Assembly (NCBI GenBank): GCA_028023455.1
Contig: JAQFVV010000009.1
Location: 5,890,001-5,954,000 of the forward strand
DNA from: Epiperipatus broadwayi
Taxonomy: Eukaryota; Animalia; Onychophora
Reading direction: 5' to 3'
DNA: 64,000 nt
Shown here: positions 38,636 to 50,153 of the stretch, piece after piece
Layout of the letters: each line of letters begins with the position of its first letter
Numbering within the stretch: position 1 is the stretch's first letter
Program-made: the position numbers and the translations under genes
The notes under the pieces: generated by a model
Seen by the model: only the letters and a program-made list of their open reading frames with translations
The model's database searches: none
What the model was told of the DNA's origin: nothing

Positions 38636-40195
38636 CATCATCACCATTCATCACTGTTAACTATTATCAATTCACTGCAGGATGAAGATCTCTCCAAGTT
38701 CAATCCATCTTTGTCAATCTTCTTTATTTCATCCATCCATCTCACATGTGGTCCATTTCTGGGACTTTTACAAGCTCCTGGAAACCAGTTTAAGATTTCA
38801 AGTATCCATCTATTAATATCTCTTCTAGCAATATGTCTAGCCCAACTTCACTTCAGTCTCTTAATTCTTTCAACGATATCAGTAACATTTGTTTCTTCTC
38901 TTACCCATGTATTTCATTTTCAATCTCTTTTTGTTATTCCTAACATGCATCTGTCCATAATTCTTTGAATGGTCTGAAGTCTGTACTGCTCTTTTGTTAA
39001 GTATCCAGGTCTAAGTAAGAACTGGTAAAACACACTTATTTAAAACTTTCCTTTTCAAACACATAGGCATATTTCCTTTTAACATTAAGTTATTTCTACC
39101 AAAATCATTCCAATCAAATTTAATTCTATAATTAATTTCATCCATTATATTTCCATATGTAGTAATAATCTGACCAAGGTATATGTAGTTGTTAACTTCT
39201 TCTAACTCGTCATAATCAAATTTTTATTTTCATCTGATAACTCTTGCTACATTTCCTGAAGCTCTGAAGCATTATTTGCAAAAACAACTACATCATCTGC
39301 AAAATCTAAATGACTTAAATAATCTCCATTTATTTTTTATTCCATTAACTTCCCATTTTAAACCACAAAATATTTCTTGCAGCACTGCTATAAAAAGTTT
39401 TGAAGACATGGAATTACTCTGTCTTTCACCCTTCTCAATGTTAACTTTTCTAGTATCATTATGTAATCTAATTGTTGCAGTTACATTTTAATAAATATTC
39501 TTCAGAATATGACAATATCTTGGGTCTATCTATACCTTAATGATCCTATGCTTTAATCACTGAAGAAATACTTATAGAATCAAATGTCTTTTCATAATCT
39601 ACAAATCCAATGCATAATGGCAACTTATATTCATTGGTCCTTTCTATAACTTCTCTCAATACTTGGATATGATTCATTGTATTAAAACCACTTTTAAATC
39701 CAGCTTGTTCTTGAAATCCAAAGTTCTCAATAGATTAGTTGTACAAAACTGTTATATTCTTTATCACCTTTTTTAAATATTAATATTTAATACTGCATTC
39801 TTCCAATTACATCTTTATCATTTAGACATTTGGTATATAACTTTGCCAAAATTTTTTCTACTTCAGCTGCTTCTTTTAAGATGTCAATTATAATTCTATC
39901 ATTACCCGGAACTCTTCCCTTCTTCACAAATTTAATTGCATAACTCACTTCTCTATTTAAAATCCTGGTCAATTCATAAGATATAATAGCTATAGGAAAT
40001 ACTTGTTCTTTATAATTATATAATTCTTGATAGAACTCTTCTACTCCCTTCATAATGTCATCTCTCTTTTTAGTAATAGTTCCATCCTTTTTTCTTATTG
40101 CAGATATAAGTTTCCTACTATTACCAAAATGTTGTTTTACACATATACTTCTTTATAAATTACAATTTGCAATATATTCGTTAATGTAATAATCA
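38636..40195 (-). mobile_element. RTE-clade LINE, 5'-truncated and decayed
   Basis: Colinear with the 58.7-60.4 kb copy, (CAT)n-type tail and 3' end CACTGCAGGATGAAG; RT fragments such as [19 protein letters not shown]. Many stops and deletions. Confidence 0.9.
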
Positions 40196-40572
40196 GGAAC
40201 AAAAACAAATCATTCCCTCACAAGCTTAAATATTACATATATCTATTCTGTTACCAATAGAAATACATTACAATAGTGTTTAATTAAGTGCATATTAAAA
40301 TTTTAAAATTAATTACTGCACATTATTCTCTATGATATAGCTTTAAAAATGAGCATTTAATTACGTGTTAAGTAGTAGCCAAGCAAACTTCTAATAATAA
40401 ATAAATATTATGTCTTGATTCTATTAATATAATTTAAATTTTTCATTACCAATAATGTAAAACTTTAATATGTGTTGATATTAAACATGCACACACTATA
40501 TAATTCAAAAGTATAATATATATAAATCAAAACTTTAAAAGATTATATAAATAATAATAAATTTTGTTGAAT

Positions 40573-40613
40573 CTTCAAATGTTTTCGAAGGCATAACCTT
40601 CATTATCAAAAAG
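40573..40613 (-). ncRNA. Degenerate minimal hammerhead-like motif (left arm of the Penelope palindrome)
   Basis: CTTT-TTGATAA-T-GAAGG-TTATG-CCTTC-GAAA-ACATTT-GAAG: U3-A8 core variant, 5 bp stem II, GAAA. Confidence 0.5.
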
Positions 40614-41325
40614 TACAAACTCTCTCTTCGTTTTTCACGATGTACTAATATGCAAATATGCGATAAAACCAGGCAAAATATGCAAATCAGAATCAGAACG
40701 TTTATACTTGCCATTTTTTCAATATGGCGTAAAATGATTCCCTTTTGTTCATCGTGTGTTCATCTGACATGATGTAACACACCTCCTTAACCCTCCTCCG
40801 CATATCATTCCGCTCTCTACACAATACTCTTGGCCTATCCGGTTTGCACTGATGACCCACAGCCATTGAATGGTGAACAAAAATTGAAGGGTGGGATGAG
40901 TCCAATAAGACCTTATTGTACGCATATACATGCTGGGATAATCTTGTTTGAACCGATGCCCTTGTCTCCCCATAATATGCAGCTGGGCAATTGTTTTCGC
41001 TACATGCGATCTTATAGACCACTTGCTGTGCTAGTGGACTCATCCCACCCTTCAATTTTTGTTCAGCATTCAATGGCTGTGGGTCATCAGTGCAAACCGG
41101 ATAGGCCAAGTGTGTTGTGTAGAGAGCGGAATGATCTGCGGAGGAGGGTTAAGGAGGCGTGTTACATCATGTCAGATGAACAAGCGATGAACAAAAGGGA
41201 ATCATTTTACGCCATATCGAAGAAATGGCAAGTATAAACGTTCTGATTCTGATTTGCATATTTTGCCTGGTTTTATCGCATATTTGCATATTAGTACATC
41301 GTGAGAAACGAAGAGAGAGTTTGTA

Positions 41326-41366
41326 CTTTTTGATAATGAAGGTTATGCCTTCAAAAACGTTTGGAG
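41326..41366 (+). ncRNA. Degenerate minimal hammerhead-like motif (right arm)
   Basis: CTTT-TTGATAA-T-GAAGG-TTATG-CCTTC-AAAA-ACGTTT-GGAG: G12 lost by a CpG transition, palindromic AAACGTTT intact. Confidence 0.45.
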
Positions 41367-42779
41367 ATTCAAAAAAATTTATTATTATTTAAATAACCTT
41401 TTAAAGTTTTGATTTATATATATTTTGCTTTTGAATTATAATATATAGTGTGTACATGTTTAATATCAACACATATTAAAGTTTTACATATAGTATCTAA
41501 CACACATTTAAACTTTATATATATTACCAATAATATATAATGTTAACCATGTACATTCTATGAAGAACAAAAGCATATTAAAAATGTTAATAAAAAAATT
41601 ATCTTAATGATTAATTTTCTTAATAATATTTTTTATTATACACAATTATCTTTCTTATTTTAATGAGTGAATAAAAAGTGATGCAACTATGAATAATTTA
41701 TATGACAGAGTGTGTGTAGCATACAATAAATAGTACCTATTTATCAAAATAAATTATAATTAATTTTGATCAATTCCAGAAGATGTCATGACTATGCATT
41801 TACCTATGCTAATGGTATATCTTTGCAAACCATTAACAGTAATAAATGGTTCAGACAATAGTACAGTATATCAATTCAGAAAATCTTTGTTATATAAATA
41901 ACATTTAGTAGAATCAAAATTGATAATATTAATGGATACTTAATTTTTCTTTTCTGTCAAGTTGAAATAGTAAACTGTTTTGATAAATTAGATGGAAAAA
42001 AATGTTTAAATAAATTAATATTAAAAATCATAAACAACATAGCACACAAATTTACATCTTAAAGAAATCAACTGTTATTAAATTTTTTTCTCTTTCAAAA
42101 TTTAAAATAAAAAACTTCTAATAAATAACTGAGCAAAATTTACATACTGTTCATTTGTTTAGGCTTTAAAAACTCACATACAATTTTTTATTGTGATTAA
42201 ATCAAATAATTTTTAAACATTTTAAGTTTAGTTTTATTTCAAGACAAAAGCATTCCATTGGATCCAATTAAAAACAAAATATCTTATTATACTAATTGTT
42301 CCATTTAAAATCATAAAATGATAAAGTTAATATCAAAAATATCAATGTAAAATATATATTATACAGATGAACAAACATATCAAAATAATTTACATGAAGT
42401 TAAGATATCAAACTTGTCTAAACTTGAGAAATTTATCAAATAATTTAAATTGCAAATATATTATACATTTATCTAAAAGAATGGACAGAATTTTTAAATC
42501 TATGACACATTTAAAAAAAGTTATAATAAAAAAAAAGCACTTTGAAACATTAAAACTATTTTAAAAATGTATACATTTTACTTATGCTATGGAAGGTTTT
42601 TTGTTAATTTGTTTTAAATCCAATTTTCATTTCTGAAACAGTAATTGTGGATAAAATGGAAGTCACTCCCCAAAAAAATTATTTGAGTAAATGAATTTAC
42701 AAAACAAATTCTATTACTCAACCATAGTCTCCATATGAATTTTAAAAAGAATCTTCTAAGTTATAACAGCATTTGAATA

Positions 42780-43430
42780 TGGCATAATTTTTTTTTTAAA
42801 ATCCCAAGAATTATTATTAAAGTTAAAGAGAAGAAATGAAATTATGGCTATATAATATAAAGACAAAAATTATAACAGCAAAGTCAACAATTATTTTCAG
42901 AATTAATAATTGAGATACAGAACTGTTTAATAAATTTGCCTTCTTGGATCATCCATTAAAACAAAAGGTCCAGCAATCAAGAGATTTATGCAGACTAATA
43001 CTGAATAAAATTGCAATAAAAAAATCTGAAAAATACTTTAGATATAAAAAATTATCAATAAAAGCTAAAACCATATTGTTCAAGATATAGTGCTTCCTGT
43101 GCTTGTGTATGGATGAATAAAAAACCATTACAGGAAAAGTATTGATGCTTATGAACTGTGTTACTGGTGAAGATTTTTAAAAATATCAATAATCAGATTA
43201 AACTTCAACTATAGTTTGAAGTGCAAATGAACAGATTGAAATTATCGAATTTTGATAATATCATAAAATCATAATTCATTACAAAAATTTATAACACTTA
43301 GAAAAATTAATGATAGAAGAAAACAATTGGCACAAAATAAATAGGTGCCATCACCACAATAATGAATGAGCTTTTAAACAGCTCATTCAGGAGAAATGCT
43401 ATTCATGATAGATGAGAGCTGATGTCAATA
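42780..43430 (+). mobile_element. Decayed RTE-BovB-like LINE fragment
   Basis: Broken frames give VQDIVLPVLVYG...RKSIDAYELCYW, matching the BovB-type AIVFPVVMYGCESW...IDAFELWCW region. Confidence 0.65.
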
Positions 43431-43566
43431 CAATGGTGCTTAATAATGATAATAAGTTTGCATTACATTATGTGATCCTTCCTTCCCAAAAATAAATAAA
43501 ATATAAACACATTATCTAAAACGTTTTATTTTGCTAACTTTTTCTATTTAGAAAAAAAAAAATTAC

Positions 43567-43671
43567 CTCGTCCATCTTTTTTATTGGATGCTTTATTAAC
43601 AGGACTATTCTCAACAGATTTATTTTCAGTCATCTGACTAATGGGAGCATCAGAAATATGATGCTGAGGTG
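43567..43671 (-). CDS. CEP295: CEP295-like, 105 nt exon (TPQHHISDAPISQ...KKDGR)
   Basis: Poly-T AG acceptor at 43672, GTAATT donor at 43566, open frame, phase 1 at both ends. Confidence 0.75.
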
Positions 43672-43747
43672 CTAAAAAAAAAAAAAATCTTTTTTCATTT
43701 TTTTTTAAACACTGATTAGAATTTATACTGAAAGAAATTCATCTCAC

Positions 43748-43826
43748 TTAAGGCATCAAGAAAAAGGTGCTCAAAGGCTTCTTCCATTTGTTTTTGATCA
43801 TATTCTTTCAAGGTACTAGTAGTAGG
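43748..43826 (-). CDS. CEP295: CEP295-like, 79 nt exon (PTTSTLKEYDQKQMEEAFEHLFLDAL)
   Basis: TTTTAG acceptor at 43827, GTGAGA donor at 43747; phase 0 in, phase 1 out. Resembles recalled CEP295 WQRELEFAFEDMY. Confidence 0.78.
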
Positions 43827-44695
43827 CTAAAAGTAATCAAAGAATAAAAAATATTATTAGCAATATCATTCATCCAGACTTTTTTTAAAAAAAAATAATT
43901 CTGAAAATTGTTTATACATCTGCAATGTGTTACAGACAAAAAAAATAAATTTCTTAGATTAGCATTTCACATTACTCTAACATTTATTCAAAATCACTAA
44001 CTCAGTTCAAACATAGATTTAATGAAAATAAATCTTCCAAAAGAAAATCTATATTATAAAATGTTAATATATTTATCCTCTTGAAATTAAATCTATATAA
44101 TAAAACATCAGGATAGTTCAAAAATTATATACAGGTATTTATTAAGATTCATTATAATATTCGGAAAGGGGGAGGGGTAATACCCTTTTTCTTTTGTCAT
44201 TGACGATTCTATTTTGCTATTATTACTGCTAAATTACAAAAACATATTATAATGTATAAACACATAATAAATACATGTAGCTAAAAAGTCAAGTTGTCTG
44301 AAGTTATCATTGCTCTTCCAGTTCCATCAATCAGGAATGAGAAATCTTTTCAAGATGTAAAAGGAAATAAAAAAATTAAAAATTATCAATTCAAATATCT
44401 CTAGGAGAAAAATGTTGACATCTCGATTGATTTAAAATTTTTTAAGAATTTCAACCAACTGTTAGTTAGTGTCATTTTCTTGTTGTAATTATCTTCAAAA
44501 ATAAGTGCTTGAACAATAAACATCGTACTCTTAAAATTATTCATCTTTTAAGTAATGGTTTGTTTTCTGCAATCTTCACATCTATCCATTTGCTTTTCCT
44601 AAATTGTCATGGGACAAAGAAATGAAAACTGTATGTGAACTTTGTTACATAGAATTTTTAAAAAAAAAGGAAAATAAATAGAAAGGACAATGTAA

Positions 44696-44737
44696 CAGCA
44701 GCAGCAGCAGCAGCATTATCATCATTATTATTATTAT
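44696..44737 (+). repeat. (CAG)6 followed by (CAT)/(TAT)n microsatellite
   Basis: Read directly; the 3' LTR counterpart has only (TAT)n. Confidence 0.9.
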
Positions 44738-44741
44738 GTAT

Positions 44742-47700
44742 CAAAGGGTAAACTTTATTGAGACTCAAAAAGTGTTACATAAGTTACATTTGAAAACATG
44801 AGGTCTTTAATACAAATTGATTCATGATATTACATATGTAATAAAGATTTACAATCTTGATTGTTATAGGAAAGAAAACATGATTTACATTATCTAATAG
44901 AAAAATAATTATTACATAACAAGATACATGAATCAAATTAGGTTTACATAGAATTTTTAAATGTGATATTGTGAAAATTATGTCAAAACACATGCTAGCA
45001 TGATTGGACACATATGGAAGAGGGATTGAAGTTGGGGTTATATTGACATATGGTCCAAATAAAAATTGGGTTCATTTTGTAAGAGTACTATAGTTTTCAT
45101 TATTCATCCATTACATAAATACCATATAAAAAAAAAGGAAAAATACTAGTGAGAATGATTTGCATCTTGGGAAAATGGAAAAACACTGGTTCAGCACAAA
45201 TTGCATCTTGGCAGAATGAAAAAAACCCTAGTATGCATGAATTGCATCTTGGCAAAACAGATAAATATTAGTCAGCATAAATTTCATGCTGGGAAAATGG
45301 AAATATACTAGTTCAGCATGGAATATATCTTGGGAAAATGGATAAACAGTAGTCAGCATGAACTGCATCTTGGGAAAATGGAAAAACACTAGACAGCATG
45401 AACAGAATTCTGGGAAAGGTAAAAAAATACCATTTTGAGCATAAATGCATCATTTGAATTATTAAAGTACATTTGCCTTGAGCTTGACTGATCCAGTTAG
45501 ATTGCCTTCTATGATATTGAACTATTGTAATGAGTGTCTGGAACATAGTTTTTCATGTATCTAGTTTTATTATAAGCAGACGAACTGCCATGAAGATTGT
45601 TAGTAGTGCCTACTGTGCTTGTGGCCACTTACAGGTTGGATTGCTCTCTAATGAGTGACCATATCACAGTAAAAATGTCAGGGGGAAGGGCTATGTTGTT
45701 ATCCCGTAATTTTAGCTGGCGTAATTTATTGATAAATGTGGATGGATGACTCCTTGTGCAATGGGTACACCAGAAGGCAAACAGGGTAAATGTGGCTGCA
45801 TGCACTGAAGGACTATTTACATTTTGGAAGGACTAAATTATGGGGTGGATGAAAGTTGCAAGCTGCCTGTACGCAAATTTGCCATGTGAAGTTTAGTGCT
45901 CGGAAATCATAGAGATGTCGTTGAGTCTCCTCGACTTTATGGCATAGCCCACAGAATGAGTCAATATATTTGTAGAAATGACGATACCACAAAAAGAGAA
46001 TGTTGGAAACACATGCAGGTTGAGCATAATTAGGAAGTCAACAAACTTTGGTTCTAGTATCCATTTTTTAAAATGGCTGAGAAGGCAACAGTTATTTATC
46101 CCAAGCATTGGAAGATAATTTAATCATTGCTAAAGTCTGGATAAAGGAGGTTATATGTTTGCCAGTAAATGTACTTGGAATTGTGGAAGAGACTGATCTG
46201 GATGTTGGTATGTAGGATTGACCTAATATGAACTATGAGATATGGTGTTCGAGGAGGAGGCTTATCTGTAAGGGTTACTTTCAGCAAGTATTGGATGTTT
46301 TGGAACTGTTTGGTAATAGCTGCTATTAAGTTAATGGATTTTTGTGTATGAAACATCTGAATGTTAGACTGTTGTACAAGGTTGGTGGTTGAGCCATTTT
46401 AAGGATATTGATATGGCCTTGCAGCCCCAAAGCAAATTTATTGCACATGGAATTGATGGCAGAAATGAACATCTTTGAAAATTTCATAATAATTGCATAG
46501 TATGTGATTTTAGTCATAGCAAGAGGTTTCTTGGAATAAATTGATAGATATGCCTTAGAAAGTGAATTGGTAATTTGCATTATTGTGAGTCTCATACAAA
46601 GAGTCTTTGTAAAAGGGAAATAGTAAAAATGGGAGTGGGTTTCCCTTGGAAAATTGGGAATTTCTTTGTAAATAAGAGTCCATGCAGCAGTATCTTTGGA
46701 ATTCAAGTGCAGTGCTGTGTGTAATCATTAAGAATGGTTTGTAATATGGGGAGTTGTTTTTGAGAAGGCAGGAAGACAATGATGTCATCCATGTAGACAA
46801 TATAAGGAATGAATAGCAGGGAGTGTGGAATTTGGATCCCGGTAATTTTATTCTGTACTTGTCGTAAAAGTGGATCTATGTAGAGTGTAAAAAGTAGTGA
46901 GCTTAGAGATGACCAGGATAGAGAATTTCTACCATTAAGAGCGATGTGCAACTCATGATTCAGAAAGAGGTTGATGATTAAGAATAACAGAGTAGGCAGG
47001 ATGGTGCTGTTGAATAAGTAGATTGAGATAGAATCAAAAGCTGATTGTTTGTCAAGCTGGACTGCAATTTTTATTTTTTTGAATTGAGCTTAGAATTGTC
47101 ATAAATATGAGGACTGCTTGGCTGGTAAAAGAGATTTTTTCAATAAACTGTAGATGCGATAATAATGGAAGTATGTGTGGCTCAATTTGGTCCTTGATTA
47201 TTTTTCCCAAGCATTTTTATTGCTAGTGGACCCATGATGATAGGTCAGAAGTTGGTTAGATCATATGTAGCCTCAGGTTTTTTAGTAAAAGACATTATAG
47301 CAATTGAATACAAACCTTTTACACACTGTAAAACCTCTGGGATAGGACACTGACCAGATCACAAATATACAGTGTAGAGAAATAACTAAGATGACTTAAC
47401 ATGAATGCAGGAATTCCATGAGGCCCAGGGTGACAAGAGTTTTCAGTAATGGCAAATTGACTAGTTTGGAGAGGCATAGTAGTTTCCAGTGATCCAAAAC
47501 AGTGTACTGATAGAGTGAATACATTATGGATCTGAAGTTTATTTTTAAAGTACAAGTGTATAGGGTGAATCATATTATGTCTAGTACATACACCTAAGTC
47601 AGTTTGAAGTGCCATAGGGACCATTGATTAGAATGAGTGACCCAACACACAGCATATGTATGCTTTTGTCCATGTGTGCTGCTGAGTTAAGTAGATTTTT

Positions 47701-49242
47701 GTTTTTTTGATTGCAAGGTAGTCCTGCAACTGTTTGCAGATATAAGTTTGAGAGAGGTAGATTAACTGTTGGTATGTTCGGTGGGTGGGCTTAGTAATGA
47801 TAATTTGCTTATGTAACTCATTGGCCAATATTAGAGGATGCAGAGGTGAAAGGAACTGTCACATTAAGTATTGTATATTGAATGATATGTGTATGAAGCA
47901 AGATATTTTTGAACTGGGTCTATATCCATTTGGTGTAGCTTGCTTTTTCAACATTAACACGATATAGAATTTGAGTAACACGAACTCAGTAGTAAATGAG
48001 GGAAGAATAACATGGATTGTTTTATGTAATTGAATGGATATTTCCTGGAGTTCATTAAGGTTAAGTGTGACTTGTGACTGCTTGGGCAGATTGGTCTGAG
48101 AATGGGGTAGGGTTAAGTTTAAGTTCTATTATGTGATGCAACATTAGAGTAAAAACAGAGATTGATGAGAGTGGTATGCCTGTTTTGTCGAGCCAAGTGA
48201 TTGAACCAAGTGTTGTAAGGAACTAAATTGATGGTTTGGATGATATATGTGATGACTGGGAGAAATATAGATGAATACTATGTTTACTATGTTTAGTGCT
48301 ACTGTATAGTGGTAATAAGTGATTAGTAAGTGCCCATCAATATATAGAAAATTTTAAATAACTTGTTTAAGCAATCAAAGGTGATGAGAATACCAGTGCC
48401 TGCTGATGGCAAGGGTGCTTTGGAATAAGCACAAAAGCCACATCTATGGAGTAGTCAGCAGAGCCAATTTGAGATCCTCTGATATATTTTGGTTTCCAGT
48501 GATCTGAGATGAGGTTGAATGATAGTAATCCACTTCTGTAATTGGTATAGCTTTGAGGGTGAACTGAGGCCATGGACATTGAGTCCAATTATTTTCTGGT
48601 TTCATGGAATAGACAGAGGATTAATGATGCCGGAGGGAATTTTTTGAAAGCAAGAATGTGAACTAGCATTTGATTCTGCAAATGTAGACTATCAATAGAA
48701 GCAAATGTTTGATCAACTGCTACTGAGGATAATTGATCAGTTTGGTTATAGGGGAATCATGTTGGGATGGTGTTGGTTCTGGTTTTGAGGGTGAGCAAGG
48801 CAAGTTATCAGGATGGTATAGCGAGGTATTGGTTTGCATGGTTTTGTAAGGGTTGTCAGTAATCTCATTAATGAGTGATAGGTAGTATGTATCATTAGCT
48901 TTTTTTTTTTTTTGTGGGTAATTTTGCTTAGGCCTTCCAGGTTTTCTCTTGCTTTCATTAGGAATTGGGTATTAAGGGAGAAATGATACGGGTGGTAGGA
49001 ATGGTGCAATTGTTTCCATGATATTTTTGAAATTTTCATGTGTTGTTTCTGTGCTGTGTTTTGATATGGAGACATCTCAAGAGGAGGCTGTACATTTGTG
49101 CTATAGCCTGGCATCCTCAGGGGGATAGCAGATGGACTAGATTCTGGATGCGAAGTTGATTGTGCATATACAATGGGGGTAAACTGAAGCATTTTTCTGG
49201 TGCGAGTGTGGAATTTCATTGACATGAATTTTACTTTTGCGG
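44742..49242 (-). mobile_element. L1/Tx1-clade LINE, decayed, inserted in the 5' LTR
   Basis: RT motifs LSSLLFTLYIDPLLRQ...YMDDIIVFL and QLDKQSAFDSIS, a Pro/Ser-rich upstream segment, and minus-strand AATAAA near 44755. Confidence 0.8.
45140..45460. repeat. About 41 bp minisatellite (about 8 units) in the LINE 3' region
   Basis: TGCATCTTGG at 45161, 45202 and 45243; consensus approximately CAGCATGAATTGCATCTTGGGAAAATGGAAAAACACTAGT. Confidence 0.9.
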
Positions 49243-49947
49243 TGCATAATATTATAAACTATAGTATTTATTTCTTTGTAATAAACTGGAAATAGTAGTC
49301 ACAAATGCAATTAAAATAGAAAATTAATAAATTATTATTAGTATCCTGTTATTTAATCTACATAAAATATAAACATTTATTAATTAACTTGTGTTCATAT
49401 TTTTTTAATTTATAAGATTATACCACTTATTACAAGTTTGGTAATACAGATATTTAATTTACCCAAGATGCTTGAACCAAAATTTAAATATATTTCAAAC
49501 CTTATAAGAATACACTTTGCTATAACATTAAAAAGAGATTTATAGTTTGCAAGATTCACAAACATTTAAAAGTAATTAAGGATTTAAGAAGAGATTAAAG
49601 AGAGATTAATTTATTAAAGTTAGTTGTGGTATTTATTTATTGAATGTAGTTTGGGTTCAATGAAATGCCCTTTGATTCCAGGTTACATTAACAGTCTCAG
49701 CATTTACATTTATTTAGTTAGTTAGTTAGTTACAATTTAGCTGCTAGTTGAGTCTTATTATTTTATGTGATAGTTTAATAGATTTAAAGTTTAGTGACAA
49801 TTGGCTTGCCCAATTCATGAGAGATGTCAAAACCAAACCTTATTCAGTTACTATTGCCACCCAGATGCAATACCATGATCTGTTTATACAATTATAACGG
49901 GTGCCACATGTAATAATTTTTTTTCTTTATCAGTAAATTCTTAACAT

Positions 49948-50153
49948 TAAAACAGGCAAAACTCTCCACACGTATTGCCACTCAATGCAAGCCAGAGTAA
50001 TCAATGGATGCCAGAGCTTGGGCATAAAATCCCCATCTAGTGCCTATTCATCCAATATCCCCAGACTAGTTTCTGGCTTGTGGCCTTCATCAGTGAGGAG
50101 CCTTGGATCTGAAAGCACTGCACCTAGATTTTCATGTGATGTTTATTGGCTTA
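49948..50153 (-). mobile_element. 206 bp non-coding retroposed element carrying a hammerhead (retrozyme-like)
   Basis: Flanked by a perfect 13 bp direct repeat AAATTCTTAACAT (49935-47 and 50154-66), GC-richer than its flanks, no recognisable coding content, central hammerhead motif. Confidence 0.75.
50058..50099 (-). ncRNA. Minimal type I hammerhead ribozyme motif
   Basis: TCCTCA-CTGATGA-A-GGC-CACAA-GCC-A-GAAA-CTAG-TC/TGGGGA: canonical CUGAUGA and GAAA core, 6 bp helix I, palindromic ACTAGT helix III and a GUC site. There is an A.A mismatch at the base of stem II. Confidence 0.75.

Larger units (their letters stand above)
40455..41522 (-). mobile_element. Penelope-like element 3' end with an inverted duplicate (palindromic insertion)
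   Basis: GIY-YIG endonuclease VVYKIACSENNCPAAYYGETRASVQTRLSQH...RRRVKEVCYI on the minus strand. Arms 40455-40904 and 41035-41489 are inverted around a 130 bp spacer. Candidate 12 bp TSD ATTACCAATAAT at 40445-56 and 41523-34. Confidence 0.9.

Noticed and set aside
40830-41237. 135 aa plus-strand ORF as an independent gene
   Set aside because: Mirror product of the palindrome; its middle is the antisense of the GIY-YIG motif.
45140-45460. CRISPR-like array
   Set aside because: Degenerate contiguous minisatellite without unique spacers, inside a eukaryotic LINE, with no cas genes.
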